From positions 15,871 through 79,870 of the forward strand of contig JACRAP010000023.1 of assembly GCA_016213365.1 (NCBI GenBank): a DNA stretch of 64,000 nucleotides. Reading direction: 5' to 3'. Position 1 is the first letter of the stretch. Every line of letters begins with the position of its first letter. This DNA comes from Candidatus Berkelbacteria bacterium (GTDB lineage: Bacteria; Patescibacteriota; UBA1384; 2-12-FULL-50-11). The notes under the pieces are model-generated. The model saw only the letters and a program-made list of their open reading frames with translations. It ran no database searches and was not told where the DNA came from. Below, in pieces: positions 10,131 to 19,335 of this stretch. The position numbers and the translations under genes are program-made.

Positions 10131-10504
10131 TTCTTAGCGCTCTTTTTTGCTTTAGTTGTTTTTTTGGGTTCTGCAGCTTTTTTTGGTTCAACCGCTTTTG
10201 GCGAAACTTTTGCGCTTTTTAGACCGATAGAAACTACTTCCAGATTTGTTAGTAATTGTCGGTGGCCGTAGCGTTTTAAATATCGAACTTTGTTTTTAAA
10301 CTTTAAGCCGTTAATTTTTTCGCCTTTTGAGTGATCTTTAACTTTCAATGTTACTTTTTCGCCGTGCAACAGATCTTCGGCAACGATAGTTTCGCCTTCT
10401 TGATTGGGCATACGGTTAACGGAAACATTCGCACCTTCAACAACCAGCCGCTGTGAGCCGTTTAATTTGATAATCGCGATTTTTTTAGTGTTGGTATTTT
10501 CCAT
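10127..10504 (-). CDS. rplU: 50S ribosomal protein L21
   Basis: AIIKLNGSQ, KFKNKVRYLKRYGHRQ; Lys/Ala-rich tail. Confidence 0.92.
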   Translation of the reverse strand: MENTNTKKIAIIKLNGSQRLVVEGANVSVNRMPNQEGETIVAEDLLHGEKVTLKVKDHSKGEKINGLKFKNKVRYLKRYGHRQLLTNLEVVSIGLKSAKVSPKAVEPKKAAEPKKTTKAKKSAKK

Positions 10505-10553
10505 TGCTTAACAGATATCATTGTACTAAAAACAGATTAGTCCGTCAACGCTA

Positions 10554-11669
10554 CTAGGATTTATATTTAGCCATATGATGTCGGATATTGATACTTTGCA
10601 AAATACCGATTGACGCCATATCAATTACTAATGCCGTACCGCCGTAACTCATAAACGGCAACGGGATTCCAGTAACTGGCATAATGCCGATATTCATTCC
10701 GATGTGTACAAAAGATTGAAAAGCAAATTTACTAGCAATCCCGATCGCTAAATATTTTCCAAACAAGTCGGTACTATCCCTGGCAATATTGACCGATCGA
10801 TACACCAGCACAAAATATAACAACACTAAAAACGACGAACCAATAAATCCGGTCGCTTCGGCGTATCCGGCGAAAATAAAATCGGCGTGCGGAACCGGCA
10901 AAAAGTTTAAGACTGTCTGCGAGCCCTGCCCAAATCCTTTACCCATTAAACCACCCGACCCAACAGCAATAATCGCCTGACTAACGTTATAACCCGCGCC
11001 TTGCGGATCGCTTCCCGGATTAAGAAAAGTCTGAACGCGCCTAACTTGATAAGGTTTTAGATTTGAATAAAGTGTTGGGAGTAAGATTAATACTATAATT
11101 GTTAAACTAAGTAGTAATTTATACGACGGCCTAGAAGCAAGGAAAATTGAACTCATAACCACAAGTACAACCGAAGCCGTACCTAAATCAGGTTGGAGTA
11201 CAATTAATCCAAACGAAACAATTGTTATTAACAAATAAACAATTAGCGTAATTGGCTTAACGTTTCCTTCTTTACTGGCGATAAACTTTGCGGCAAAAAT
11301 CGCCGCAGTTAACTTTAATATTTCTGCCGGTTGAAATTGAATCACTCCAAAATCAAGCCATCGATGAGCGCCAAAAACCTTCAACACAAACGGAATTTTG
11401 CTTGCCCAAAAAGGCAATAACGGCACCAATAGTGCAAGCGTAAGGATAAATATTATCCAGCTGTAATTTCCAAGCTGGCGATAATCGGTAAACATAAATA
11501 CAATAAGTAGTATTAAGCCAAAGATTCCGAACATCGCCTGACTAAGGGCTAAACTGGTACCGTTATTGGCAAATGTAATTGTGTATATCGTTACTGCCCC
11601 AACAGTAATCAGCAAAATTGTGATAATCAAGATTACCCAATCGATCGGCTGTTCAAAAAATTTGCGCAT
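10554..11669 (-). CDS. rodA: SEDS family peptidoglycan polymerase RodA
   Basis: QPAE, GYNVSQAIIAVGSGG, GSQT..FLP..HADFIF, PFMSYGG. Confidence 0.93.
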   Translation of the reverse strand: MRKFFEQPIDWVILIITILLITVGAVTIYTITFANNGTSLALSQAMFGIFGLILLIVFMFTDYRQLGNYSWIIFILTLALLVPLLPFWASKIPFVLKVFGAHRWLDFGVIQFQPAEILKLTAAIFAAKFIASKEGNVKPITLIVYLLITIVSFGLIVLQPDLGTASVVLVVMSSIFLASRPSYKLLLSLTIIVLILLPTLYSNLKPYQVRRVQTFLNPGSDPQGAGYNVSQAIIAVGSGGLMGKGFGQGSQTVLNFLPVPHADFIFAGYAEATGFIGSSFLVLLYFVLVYRSVNIARDSTDLFGKYLAIGIASKFAFQSFVHIGMNIGIMPVTGIPLPFMSYGGTALVIDMASIGILQSINIRHHMAKYKS

Positions 11670-11670
11670 T

Positions 11671-12084
11671 TTAGCTATCTAGGGCGATATTACCCAGTTT
11701 ATCGGCACGAGCGTTGTCGCTACGTCGAACGGCTGTAAAAGTTACAGTATTACCCTTAGCAACTAACTTATTTTTCAGATCAATAATTGCATCAAAATGG
11801 GGCTTTAATAGCATATCTTTAACTTTATACTGGCCGTTTAATTGTTTTACCATAAGTTCGCTATCAGCAAAACATTTAATGTTATAGTCTGAAAGTAGGT
11901 GCTCGTTTACTGCGCTAAGTGCGGCCACAAGCGCCTGATACTCCGCCTGATTATTAGTTGTAATACCGATCTTTTCGCCAAATTCGATATCGTGATTTGC
12001 TAAACCTTCAATAACATATGCGATCGCGGCGTTACCCGGGTTGCCCCTAGATGCGCCGTCGGTATGAATAATAATCTCTTGCAT
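11671..12084 (-). CDS. rnhA: ribonuclease HI family protein
   Basis: TDGASRGNPG, TNNQAEY, DSEL, NARADKL. Confidence 0.9.
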   Translation of the reverse strand: MQEIIIHTDGASRGNPGNAAIAYVIEGLANHDIEFGEKIGITTNNQAEYQALVAALSAVNEHLLSDYNIKCFADSELMVKQLNGQYKVKDMLLKPHFDAIIDLKNKLVAKGNTVTFTAVRRSDNARADKLGNIALDS

Positions 12085-12118
12085 TGGTTACCAGTATGCC
12101 AGAAAGATTACAGATAAG

Positions 12119-12952
12119 CTATGGTTTGATGTTGCCGGTTCCGCTATATGCGTTAAATTCGTAAATACCGATTAATTTATCGCTAGTTCGATCAACTAAA
12201 GCCACTAACGTTCGCTTTGCGTTACCGTAATAACCAGTAGCGGTGATGGTTGTATTAAGCGAGTCAAATTCAATTGGTGGGTTAGTACTTCCACTTACAG
12301 ACGCTTCGAATGTAATATCACAGTAATATGGGGTAAACCTAACTTGTAAAACATTTGAAGCACTATTAATAAGAATTGGCGTTGTGCTGTCAGTTGACCA
12401 AGTACCGGTGTTATTAAAATTAGCTACAATATTCTGAATATTATTTGTGGAATCCAATATTTGGATTTGTACAAAAGAGGAGTCTTTTCCGCTACCGACT
12501 GCAACGCCATCGTCTACGCAGGTCGTATCAGTTCTTTTAAAGAATAAATTTAAATATACCGAGTCTGCCACCTGAGTAAATCCAGATAGTGTTATAGTGC
12601 TATTTCTAATTAACTCACGTGTTTCAATTTTGTTGGTTTTATATTCTATTCCTAAATCATAACTTTGCTGATTAGCTTTTTGTTTAAAGTTTGTGCCGTC
12701 AGTTCCTGCGCGCAAATCATACTTAAACTCGCTACCTTTAGGAATTTCTACGTTTTTACTGGTTCGGTAACGAAGTAGCCCGTCTTCAATACCGGCTTTG
12801 GCAGCATAATAGGCGTATAAATTATCTTCTTCGCTATTGGCTTGATTGTATTGAACCAGCACAATTCTTTGAGTGCCAAAAATAACGGTAATAATGCCTG
12901 CAACCACTAACAGTACTAAAATTAAACTACTTGCGCGTTGTTTTTGTTTCAT
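12119..12952 (-). CDS. PilX-like minor pilin
   Basis: Hydrophobic N-terminal helix lacking E5; AYYAAKAGIEDGL; last gene of the minor-pilin set. Confidence 0.75.
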   Translation of the reverse strand: MKQKQRASSLILVLLVVAGIITVIFGTQRIVLVQYNQANSEEDNLYAYYAAKAGIEDGLLRYRTSKNVEIPKGSEFKYDLRAGTDGTNFKQKANQQSYDLGIEYKTNKIETRELIRNSTITLSGFTQVADSVYLNLFFKRTDTTCVDDGVAVGSGKDSSFVQIQILDSTNNIQNIVANFNNTGTWSTDSTTPILINSASNVLQVRFTPYYCDITFEASVSGSTNPPIEFDSLNTTITATGYYGNAKRTLVALVDRTSDKLIGIYEFNAYSGTGNIKP

Positions 12953-13608
12953 TAATATACTCCAGGAACTATTGTTGTTCTTAAATTGTAACATCTACCG
13001 CTTGTTGTTTGTCCGGACGCAAAACACTGTGTTAATTCAGCGTCTTTTGTTGTAACATCGATAGCTACCGAACCTGATAAACTAGAGGTTGATAATTTAT
13101 GAGTTACAGTCATTTTCGTAAGTCCGTAATCAATTAGATACTGTCCCTGATTTAAATTTGATCCATCGCCGATTGCTGCTCTAGTTAGCGGGCAGTTAGT
13201 AACTGTGTTAGAATCTATACCACTTAATTCGTCAATAATTTCGCAATCTCTCACTTCCGCAACCCTAACTCGACCGTTAATTGCAAATCGATATTTTTTG
13301 ACTGTATAATTTGAATCTCCTGGATATTTTAGTAATAAACTTAGATCTTTTTCTGCATCGCGATAACAAAATCCTAAATATTCGAGGTTTTCGGTACAAA
13401 ACGGCGGGTGGGTTTTAATATCCACATACCTTAAATCGTTAGCAATTTGATCGATGATACTGCGTGTTACTTGGGTTTGTTCCCTAACAGCATTAGATTT
13501 ATTAGCAGAATTTGCGCTACGAGCAAAAACACCGATCGATAAAATAATAAGTCCTGAAAAAATTGCGATCGACACAAGTACTTCGATTAATGTAAATCCC
13601 CTATTCAT
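12952..13608 (-). CDS. prepilin-type minor pilin (PilW-like)
   Basis: RG|FTLIE class III signal peptide. Confidence 0.88.
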   Translation of the reverse strand: MNRGFTLIEVLVSIAIFSGLIILSIGVFARSANSANKSNAVREQTQVTRSIIDQIANDLRYVDIKTHPPFCTENLEYLGFCYRDAEKDLSLLLKYPGDSNYTVKKYRFAINGRVRVAEVRDCEIIDELSGIDSNTVTNCPLTRAAIGDGSNLNQGQYLIDYGLTKMTVTHKLSTSSLSGSVAIDVTTKDAELTQCFASGQTTSGRCYNLRTTIVPGVY

Positions 13609-14339
13609 TAGTTTTGCTCAAAACCTTTCCAGTTTGTAAGTAAGGTCGACATTTCAGTAGTTTTCCACTCACCGCGATCTTCCCAAATTATTACAGAGCG
13701 AACCCGGACCACATTACCGGGTAATACAAAATAGTCCGAAACTCCCGTGGGTTTATTTTTATTTAACGACTCCTTTGAGGCGATACAGTAATTATCTGCG
13801 CTATCACAGTCGCTGTAACCCTGTAATCTATTACCGTCCTTTTTATCAGCGTAAGTTTCCGCACCTTCTACCTCGGCGTTACAATCAACAAAATCTTCGG
13901 ATGTGTAGCTTTTGGCGCCGTAAGCTTCGATACAAATTAATCTGTAACCAGTAAGACCGGATGTACTAGTAATTACTGCACCGGTCAGTTGTGATTCTTG
14001 TGCAGTAAGTCCATCAAACGTTAGTCTTTTTTGTAAGCTAGTTTTAGTTGCAGAAGTGGAACTTACGCTATACCACCCATACTCATCGGAACTGACCGCC
14101 GGAGCAAACCAAACTTTTTCACTATTTACCAAAACACCACCGGAAGCAACGTTGTCGTTTCTGACTTTTGTAACAAGCTCTAATCCTTCGCTCGCCCAGC
14201 GATTTGTTTCGGTGTTATCGGCAGTTTGACTGGTTCCTTGAATGATCGTATTTGTAAGCCCAGCAACGGCGCCAGCCACCATAAACAAAATACCGGCGGC
14301 TATAAGTACTTCTATTAATGTAAATCCCCTCTTTTGCAT
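13608..14339 (-). CDS. prepilin-type minor pilin (PilV-like)
   Basis: RG|FTLIE class III signal peptide; Cys-containing head. Confidence 0.88.
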   Translation of the reverse strand: MQKRGFTLIEVLIAAGILFMVAGAVAGLTNTIIQGTSQTADNTETNRWASEGLELVTKVRNDNVASGGVLVNSEKVWFAPAVSSDEYGWYSVSSTSATKTSLQKRLTFDGLTAQESQLTGAVITSTSGLTGYRLICIEAYGAKSYTSEDFVDCNAEVEGAETYADKKDGNRLQGYSDCDSADNYCIASKESLNKNKPTGVSDYFVLPGNVVRVRSVIIWEDRGEWKTTEMSTLLTNWKGFEQN

Positions 14340-14340
14340 A

Positions 14341-14943
14341 TTAATTAAACTTAAAACTTAACTTTCCGGTAACGTTATTCACACTTAGCGTGGCAGTTTT
14401 TTCGCCGTTATTCAAGCTAAGATCTGAAAAATCTATCCAGCTAGAATAGACAATATTTTGCGGATCGACAATTTCAATTCCAACATTTGGCGTATACTGG
14501 GCTTTAAATAGTTGCTGGGTTGGTACTTTAAATAATACAAAGACAGGACTAGTTGTTTGGTGTGTAACACCGTTACTTAACGGAATTTTTTCAACTACAC
14601 AATCCCCATATGTTTGTGAAATAACTTCTGAATTTGTAAAACTTGATATTTTACACGTTGCGGTGGGGTTATCAGTTGTATCATCAACTCTTAATATGTA
14701 GACATCTTTATTACTATCAGACGGAAAGTAAAGGGCGTAATAGCCCTTGCCGCTGTCGAACTGTTGAGTTGAGCCAGCAAGTAATCGAACTTGTTCGAGT
14801 TTTGCCTGGAGTAACTGGGCATCGTTGGCGATATTGTTTTTAGATAGCGAGCGGTTGATATTTGGAATTAATAGCGTCGCCATTAAAGCGATAATCGCGA
14901 TTGTGATAAGTACTTCAATTAAAGTAAATGCTTTTTTTATCAT
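14341..14943 (-). CDS. prepilin-type minor pilin (FimT/FimU-like)
   Basis: KA|FTLIE class III signal peptide. Confidence 0.85.
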   Translation of the reverse strand: MIKKAFTLIEVLITIAIIALMATLLIPNINRSLSKNNIANDAQLLQAKLEQVRLLAGSTQQFDSGKGYYALYFPSDSNKDVYILRVDDTTDNPTATCKISSFTNSEVISQTYGDCVVEKIPLSNGVTHQTTSPVFVLFKVPTQQLFKAQYTPNVGIEIVDPQNIVYSSWIDFSDLSLNNGEKTATLSVNNVTGKLSFKFN

Positions 14944-15713
14944 TAACTACTCAACCCCAGATACCAGCGTAACAAATACTCACCCCAAAACAAAGCAACA
15001 ATTGCACCGGCTACTAAAAACGGCACAAATGGAACGGCTGATGTGGGCTTGGCTTTTTTGGTTAATATTAATATTGCTCCTATTAATCCGCCGCCGATAA
15101 ACGCAGTCGCGAGCATTACCCAAACGTTGGGGTACGCCACCAACAATCCTAGGGCCAGCGCAATTTTAATATCGCCCTTACCCATCCATTTTTCGCCAGA
15201 CGGATATACTAAAACTAAAATCGGTACAACGGCGGTGATTGCGCCTATTGCCAAGACGCTAACTTCGCCCCAATACATAAAACCAAAAATCGCAGCGAAT
15301 ATTATCAGTAAGTAGCTTAAAGTGTCGGAAACGAGCATTTCGCTTAAGTCTTGTACAATTAATATTACCAGCAAGGAAAAAATTACGATTAGTATTTTGG
15401 TTAAAATTATTTGAGTGGTTAAGTCGGCGCCAAAGCTTGAAATTAAAAACCAACTGCTTGCAGTCAAAATTCCCATTGCCAATTCAACAACTGGGTATTG
15501 GTACGAGATCGGCTTTTTACAGTATCTGCATTTGCCGGCAAGCATTAAGTAACTTACAAGTGGGATTAAATCGCCGGCATGGAGTTTATGACCGCATTTC
15601 GGGCATTTGGACCTACCAGTTACTGCCGAGCTTAAGTCGTCGAATCTTGCGATAACTACGTTTAGGAACGACCCAATAACTAAGCCGAAAATAAATAGTA
15701 CAAAGTAGGTCAT
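14943..15713 (-). CDS. pilD: prepilin peptidase (A24)
   Basis: GSFLNVVI, two CxxC pairs, GKGDIK, PFVPFL. Confidence 0.95.
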   Translation of the reverse strand: MTYFVLFIFGLVIGSFLNVVIARFDDLSSAVTGRSKCPKCGHKLHAGDLIPLVSYLMLAGKCRYCKKPISYQYPVVELAMGILTASSWFLISSFGADLTTQIILTKILIVIFSLLVILIVQDLSEMLVSDTLSYLLIIFAAIFGFMYWGEVSVLAIGAITAVVPILVLVYPSGEKWMGKGDIKIALALGLLVAYPNVWVMLATAFIGGGLIGAILILTKKAKPTSAVPFVPFLVAGAIVALFWGEYLLRWYLGLSS

Positions 15714-15797
15714 AATTTTAGATTAACAGCATATCCGCAGAAGTGCTATTGCAATCAATCTTCATGGGATATTTCACCCTAGAATAGTTAATTACAA

Positions 15798-16385
15798 CTA
15801 TTGTGGGCCGTAAGTGACGAACAGTCTTTGGGATTCAACATTTGTTGTGCCAAGCGCACCAATTTGAATAGTTGTATTGGACGCGACACAACCAGAAATG
15901 CAGAGTTGGCTTGCGATTGGTTCGTAAGTGCCATTTCCATTCGTAACTAATCCATCAGACGAGCCACTATTTTTAGTTGTTTCTTGCTTGTTTTCAAGTT
16001 CCCACGCAAGTAGGTACTTTTCACCCCCTGTAGTGGTTCTAAATCTAGCAAATGTTCCACCGGACGGATCTGGATCTTTACACACTGACTCGCTACTCAT
16101 ATATCCGTTGTCAACTAAATCTGCCTTAAGACCACGGCAATGATTTCCATCGCCCGATACTTCCTGTAAGAATATTGTAGTTGATTTGATGGGATAAGAA
16201 TTTTTATCCACAGCATATTGCTCCATTGCTAGCGAAATTGCTTTCGCATTGTTCTTCCTTTGCGTATCTCGTGCTCTACGTTGTGCACCGCTTAGGGCAA
16301 CAATAATTAAAGCAGCAAGAATACCGATGATAGCGATAACTACCAACAGCTCGATTAAGGTGAAACCTTTGTTTTTATTTAGCAT
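15798..16385 (-). CDS. type IV pilin, tandem paralog 2
   Basis: KG|[17 protein letters not shown]; ends YGPQ. Confidence 0.93.
   Translation of the reverse strand: MLNKNKGFTLIELLVVIAIIGILAALIIVALSGAQRRARDTQRKNNAKAISLAMEQYAVDKNSYPIKSTTIFLQEVSGDGNHCRGLKADLVDNGYMSSESVCKDPDPSGGTFARFRTTTGGEKYLLAWELENKQETTKNSGSSDGLVTNGNGTYEPIASQLCISGCVASNTTIQIGALGTTNVESQRLFVTYGPQ
16204..16376. repeat. ~173-bp direct repeat shared with 16820-16992 (pilin 5' ends)
   Basis: One mismatch seen over the repeat. Confidence 0.9.
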
Positions 16386-16461
16386 TTAATCCCTCCAATT
16401 GTTATTACAGCTTTTAGACTGTCTCTAGGAGAGCACGCTCCCCTAGTAGACAAACTAAGAG

Positions 16462-17007
16462 CTACTGTGGACCGTAAACAACGAAATATTTTACATTTGT
16501 AGTTGCATCAAGCCCTGTTAGGGTTAGCCCGTTAACTGTTAAGCTACCTGAAGTAGGTCCATATACACCATTACCCGACGTACCAGTTTTTGCGATTTCT
16601 TGGGTATTCTCAAGCAACCAAGCTAAAATATACGAAGACCCCAATGTTGCTGAACCCGTAGAGTAAGCAGCATAACTTGCTGTTTTTCCTGTAGTTGGAT
16701 CCTTACAAATTGCATTACTACTCATATAGGATGCGGTAATGAGCGTCGTAATCGCCGTAGGACAATCATAAGTTGGTACTGGGAAGTTTGCCTGAGCCGA
16801 AGCTGGATAAGAGCCGCTGTTATCCACAGCATATTGCTCCATTGCTAGCGAAATTGCTTTCGCATTATTCTTCCTTTGCGTATCTCGTGCTCTACGTTGT
16901 GCACCGCTTAGGGCAACAATAATTAAAGCAGCAAGAATACCGATGATAGCGATAACTACCAACAGCTCGATTAAGGTGAAACCTTTGTTTTTTATATTTA
17001 TTTTCAT
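16462..17007 (-). CDS. type IV pilin, tandem paralog 1
   Basis: KG|FTLIELLVV; AGGAG before ATG 17007; ends YGPQ. Confidence 0.93.
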   Translation of the reverse strand: MKINIKNKGFTLIELLVVIAIIGILAALIIVALSGAQRRARDTQRKNNAKAISLAMEQYAVDNSGSYPASAQANFPVPTYDCPTAITTLITASYMSSNAICKDPTTGKTASYAAYSTGSATLGSSYILAWLLENTQEIAKTGTSGNGVYGPTSGSLTVNGLTLTGLDATTNVKYFVVYGPQ

Positions 17008-17148
17008 TTTTCTCCTTTCGGACAAAATTTATACTTTAACTTTCGTCGACCGCCCCTCTCGGTTTGAAAAGATCGGTGAAAGCCCTCAAATACAATATCT
17101 ACCTTACAAAAATTCCTGTCAAGTTTTAGCAGATTTTACATATACAAA

Positions 17149-18219
17149 TTACTGAATTGCCCCGGCAAGGCCGTAAATCGGCACTATAATCGAGAACACT
17201 AAGAAGGCAACGCCAAGCCCTACGATAATAAACACGAGCGGTTCGATTAACGAAGCGAAATTTTTAGTTGATTGATTGGTTTCAGCTTCGTAAAAGTCGG
17301 CTAGCTTGCCTAATACTTGTTCAAGCTTACCGGTACGTTCACCGGCGGCGATCATTTCGGTAACGGTTGTTGGGAAGTCTTTATACTTCATCATCGTTTG
17401 TGAGATCGGTGCGCCACGCTCAACGTTGCGGGCAATTTGCTTGAGCGCTTCGCGGAAAATTACCGAATCCATTACTAAAGCTACGGAGTCAATCGCTTGG
17501 ATAATCGGCACTCCGGCTTGCATCATAATACCCAAAATCCTAGTAAATCGTGCCATCTCTAAATCTTTAATTAAAATTCCCACTACCGGCGTTTTAAATA
17601 ATAAATTATTGAGCACTCTTTGCCCCTCGATCGTCATTAAATACCTTGTAAGTAAGAAAATTAAAAACGCGATTGCGGCGATATAGATATACCAGTAATG
17701 GATAATAGAATTTGTAATTGTAACTACTAACTGGGTGGTCCACGGCAAGTCTAAGCCGGATTCGATAAAGACCGACTCTAGCGCCGGAACAATTCTGGTT
17801 ACCATAATTACACCGACAATAAACATCGATACCACAATTAACGCCGGGTATAACATCGCACCGATTACCCTGCTTCTAAAGGCGTAGTCACGCTCTAACT
17901 CGTCGGCAAGTAAATTTAGGGCAACGTCAAGCTTACCAGAAGATTCCCCGGCCGCTACAACAGAAACAAAAACGTGGTTGAAGATTTTCGGGTGTTTTTT
18001 GATCGCATCGGACAGTCTGTAACCGTTTTCAAGGTCGTTCACCAGTTCAATTAATGAGTCGTAAACAATTTGGTTTTTAGTTTGCTCTGAAAGCGATCTA
18101 ACGGTTTGTACTAACGGTAGCCCCGCATCAAGCATTACTGCCATCTGCCGAGCAATAAACGAGCGCTCTTTGGCAGAAACCCTATTTAGTACATTAAAAC
18201 TGAACTTTCGGTTTGACAT
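17149..18219 (-). CDS. pilC: type IV pilus platform protein PilC
   Basis: Two T2SSF repeats (AGESSGKLD, AGERTGKLE), YP and EP motifs. Confidence 0.95.
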   Translation of the reverse strand: MSNRKFSFNVLNRVSAKERSFIARQMAVMLDAGLPLVQTVRSLSEQTKNQIVYDSLIELVNDLENGYRLSDAIKKHPKIFNHVFVSVVAAGESSGKLDVALNLLADELERDYAFRSRVIGAMLYPALIVVSMFIVGVIMVTRIVPALESVFIESGLDLPWTTQLVVTITNSIIHYWYIYIAAIAFLIFLLTRYLMTIEGQRVLNNLLFKTPVVGILIKDLEMARFTRILGIMMQAGVPIIQAIDSVALVMDSVIFREALKQIARNVERGAPISQTMMKYKDFPTTVTEMIAAGERTGKLEQVLGKLADFYEAETNQSTKNFASLIEPLVFIIVGLGVAFLVFSIIVPIYGLAGAIQ

Positions 18220-18223
18220 ATGT

Positions 18224-19291
18224 TTAATAAACCATCATTTTGAACGCTTTTGGATCGATCGCCCAAGATAGGGCGGTGTCGATTGTAATTTCTCCCCTAC
18301 TTACAAGTTCTGCCATTACTTTATCGAGCGAAATCATTCCCTCGGCGGCGGAAGTTTGGATAATATTGTTTAGTTGATGGGTTTTACCTTCGCGGATGGT
18401 GTTACGCACTGCCGAATTAGCAACCATTATTTCTGTTGCTAGAATTCGACCGGATTGAGCTCTTGGCAGAAGTCTTTGCGAAACAACGCCGAGCAATACG
18501 TTAGCAAGTTGCATTCTAACCTGTTGTTGTTGGTGTGGCGGAAAGACGTCGATAATTCTGTCTGCTGTTTGGGCGGCGCTGTTGGTATGAAGCGTGGTAA
18601 ATACAAGATGACCGGTTTCAGCCAGCGTTAAAGCGGCTTCGATCGTTTCTAGGTCGCGCATTTCACCAACTAGAACAACGTTTGGATCTTCACGCAAACT
18701 TGAACGCAAAGCACGGGCGAACGAGTTAGTGTCCGAACCGACTTCTCGTTGTACAATCATTGACTTTTTATGATCGAAAACGTATTCGATCGGATCTTCG
18801 ATGGTAATAATATGTTCGGCGCGCTTTTGGTTGATCGCTTCTATTAACGCCGCAAGCGTGGTCGATTTTCCGTGACCGGTTGGACCGGTAATAATCACAA
18901 AACCTTGACTTGGTTCGGTAAATCTTTCAAGAATCGGCGGAACCCCTAAATCTTCAAGACTTCTAATTACACGTGGGATTAAACGTAGGGCGACAGAAAT
19001 AGAACCTCTTTCGTAAAAGGCGTTGGTTCGAAAACGCATCGATTCGTAGCCGAACGAGAAGTCGATTTCACGACGTTGTTGTAGGCGCTCCATCTGTTCG
19101 GCGGTCATAATGCTCATAAGCAAGCGTTGGGCAGATTCTGGGGTAACAGGTGAGGCACCGTCAACTGGCATTAATTTACCGTCGATACGAATTGTTGGTG
19201 GCATACCAACTGTAATGTGTAAATCGCTTGAACCACGCGAAATAGCGGTGTCTAAAAGTTGCTTCATCTCTGCTGTCATTGCTTCTGTCAT
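18224..19291 (-). CDS. pilT: type IV pilus retraction ATPase PilT
   Basis: SDLH, GPTGHGKSTT, LREDPNV..GEMRD, AVRNTIRE. Confidence 0.96.
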   Translation of the reverse strand: MTEAMTAEMKQLLDTAISRGSSDLHITVGMPPTIRIDGKLMPVDGASPVTPESAQRLLMSIMTAEQMERLQQRREIDFSFGYESMRFRTNAFYERGSISVALRLIPRVIRSLEDLGVPPILERFTEPSQGFVIITGPTGHGKSTTLAALIEAINQKRAEHIITIEDPIEYVFDHKKSMIVQREVGSDTNSFARALRSSLREDPNVVLVGEMRDLETIEAALTLAETGHLVFTTLHTNSAAQTADRIIDVFPPHQQQQVRMQLANVLLGVVSQRLLPRAQSGRILATEIMVANSAVRNTIREGKTHQLNNIIQTSAAEGMISLDKVMAELVSRGEITIDTALSWAIDPKAFKMMVY

Positions 19292-19335
19292 ATGTATACC
19301 TCACATTCTACGTTAATGATTGTTTTTAATTATGT

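Noticed and set aside
15798-17007. Diversity-generating retroelement template/variable repeat pair
   Set aside because: The repeat covers the conserved N-terminus, shows no run of adenine-specific mismatches, and no reverse transcriptase is present.
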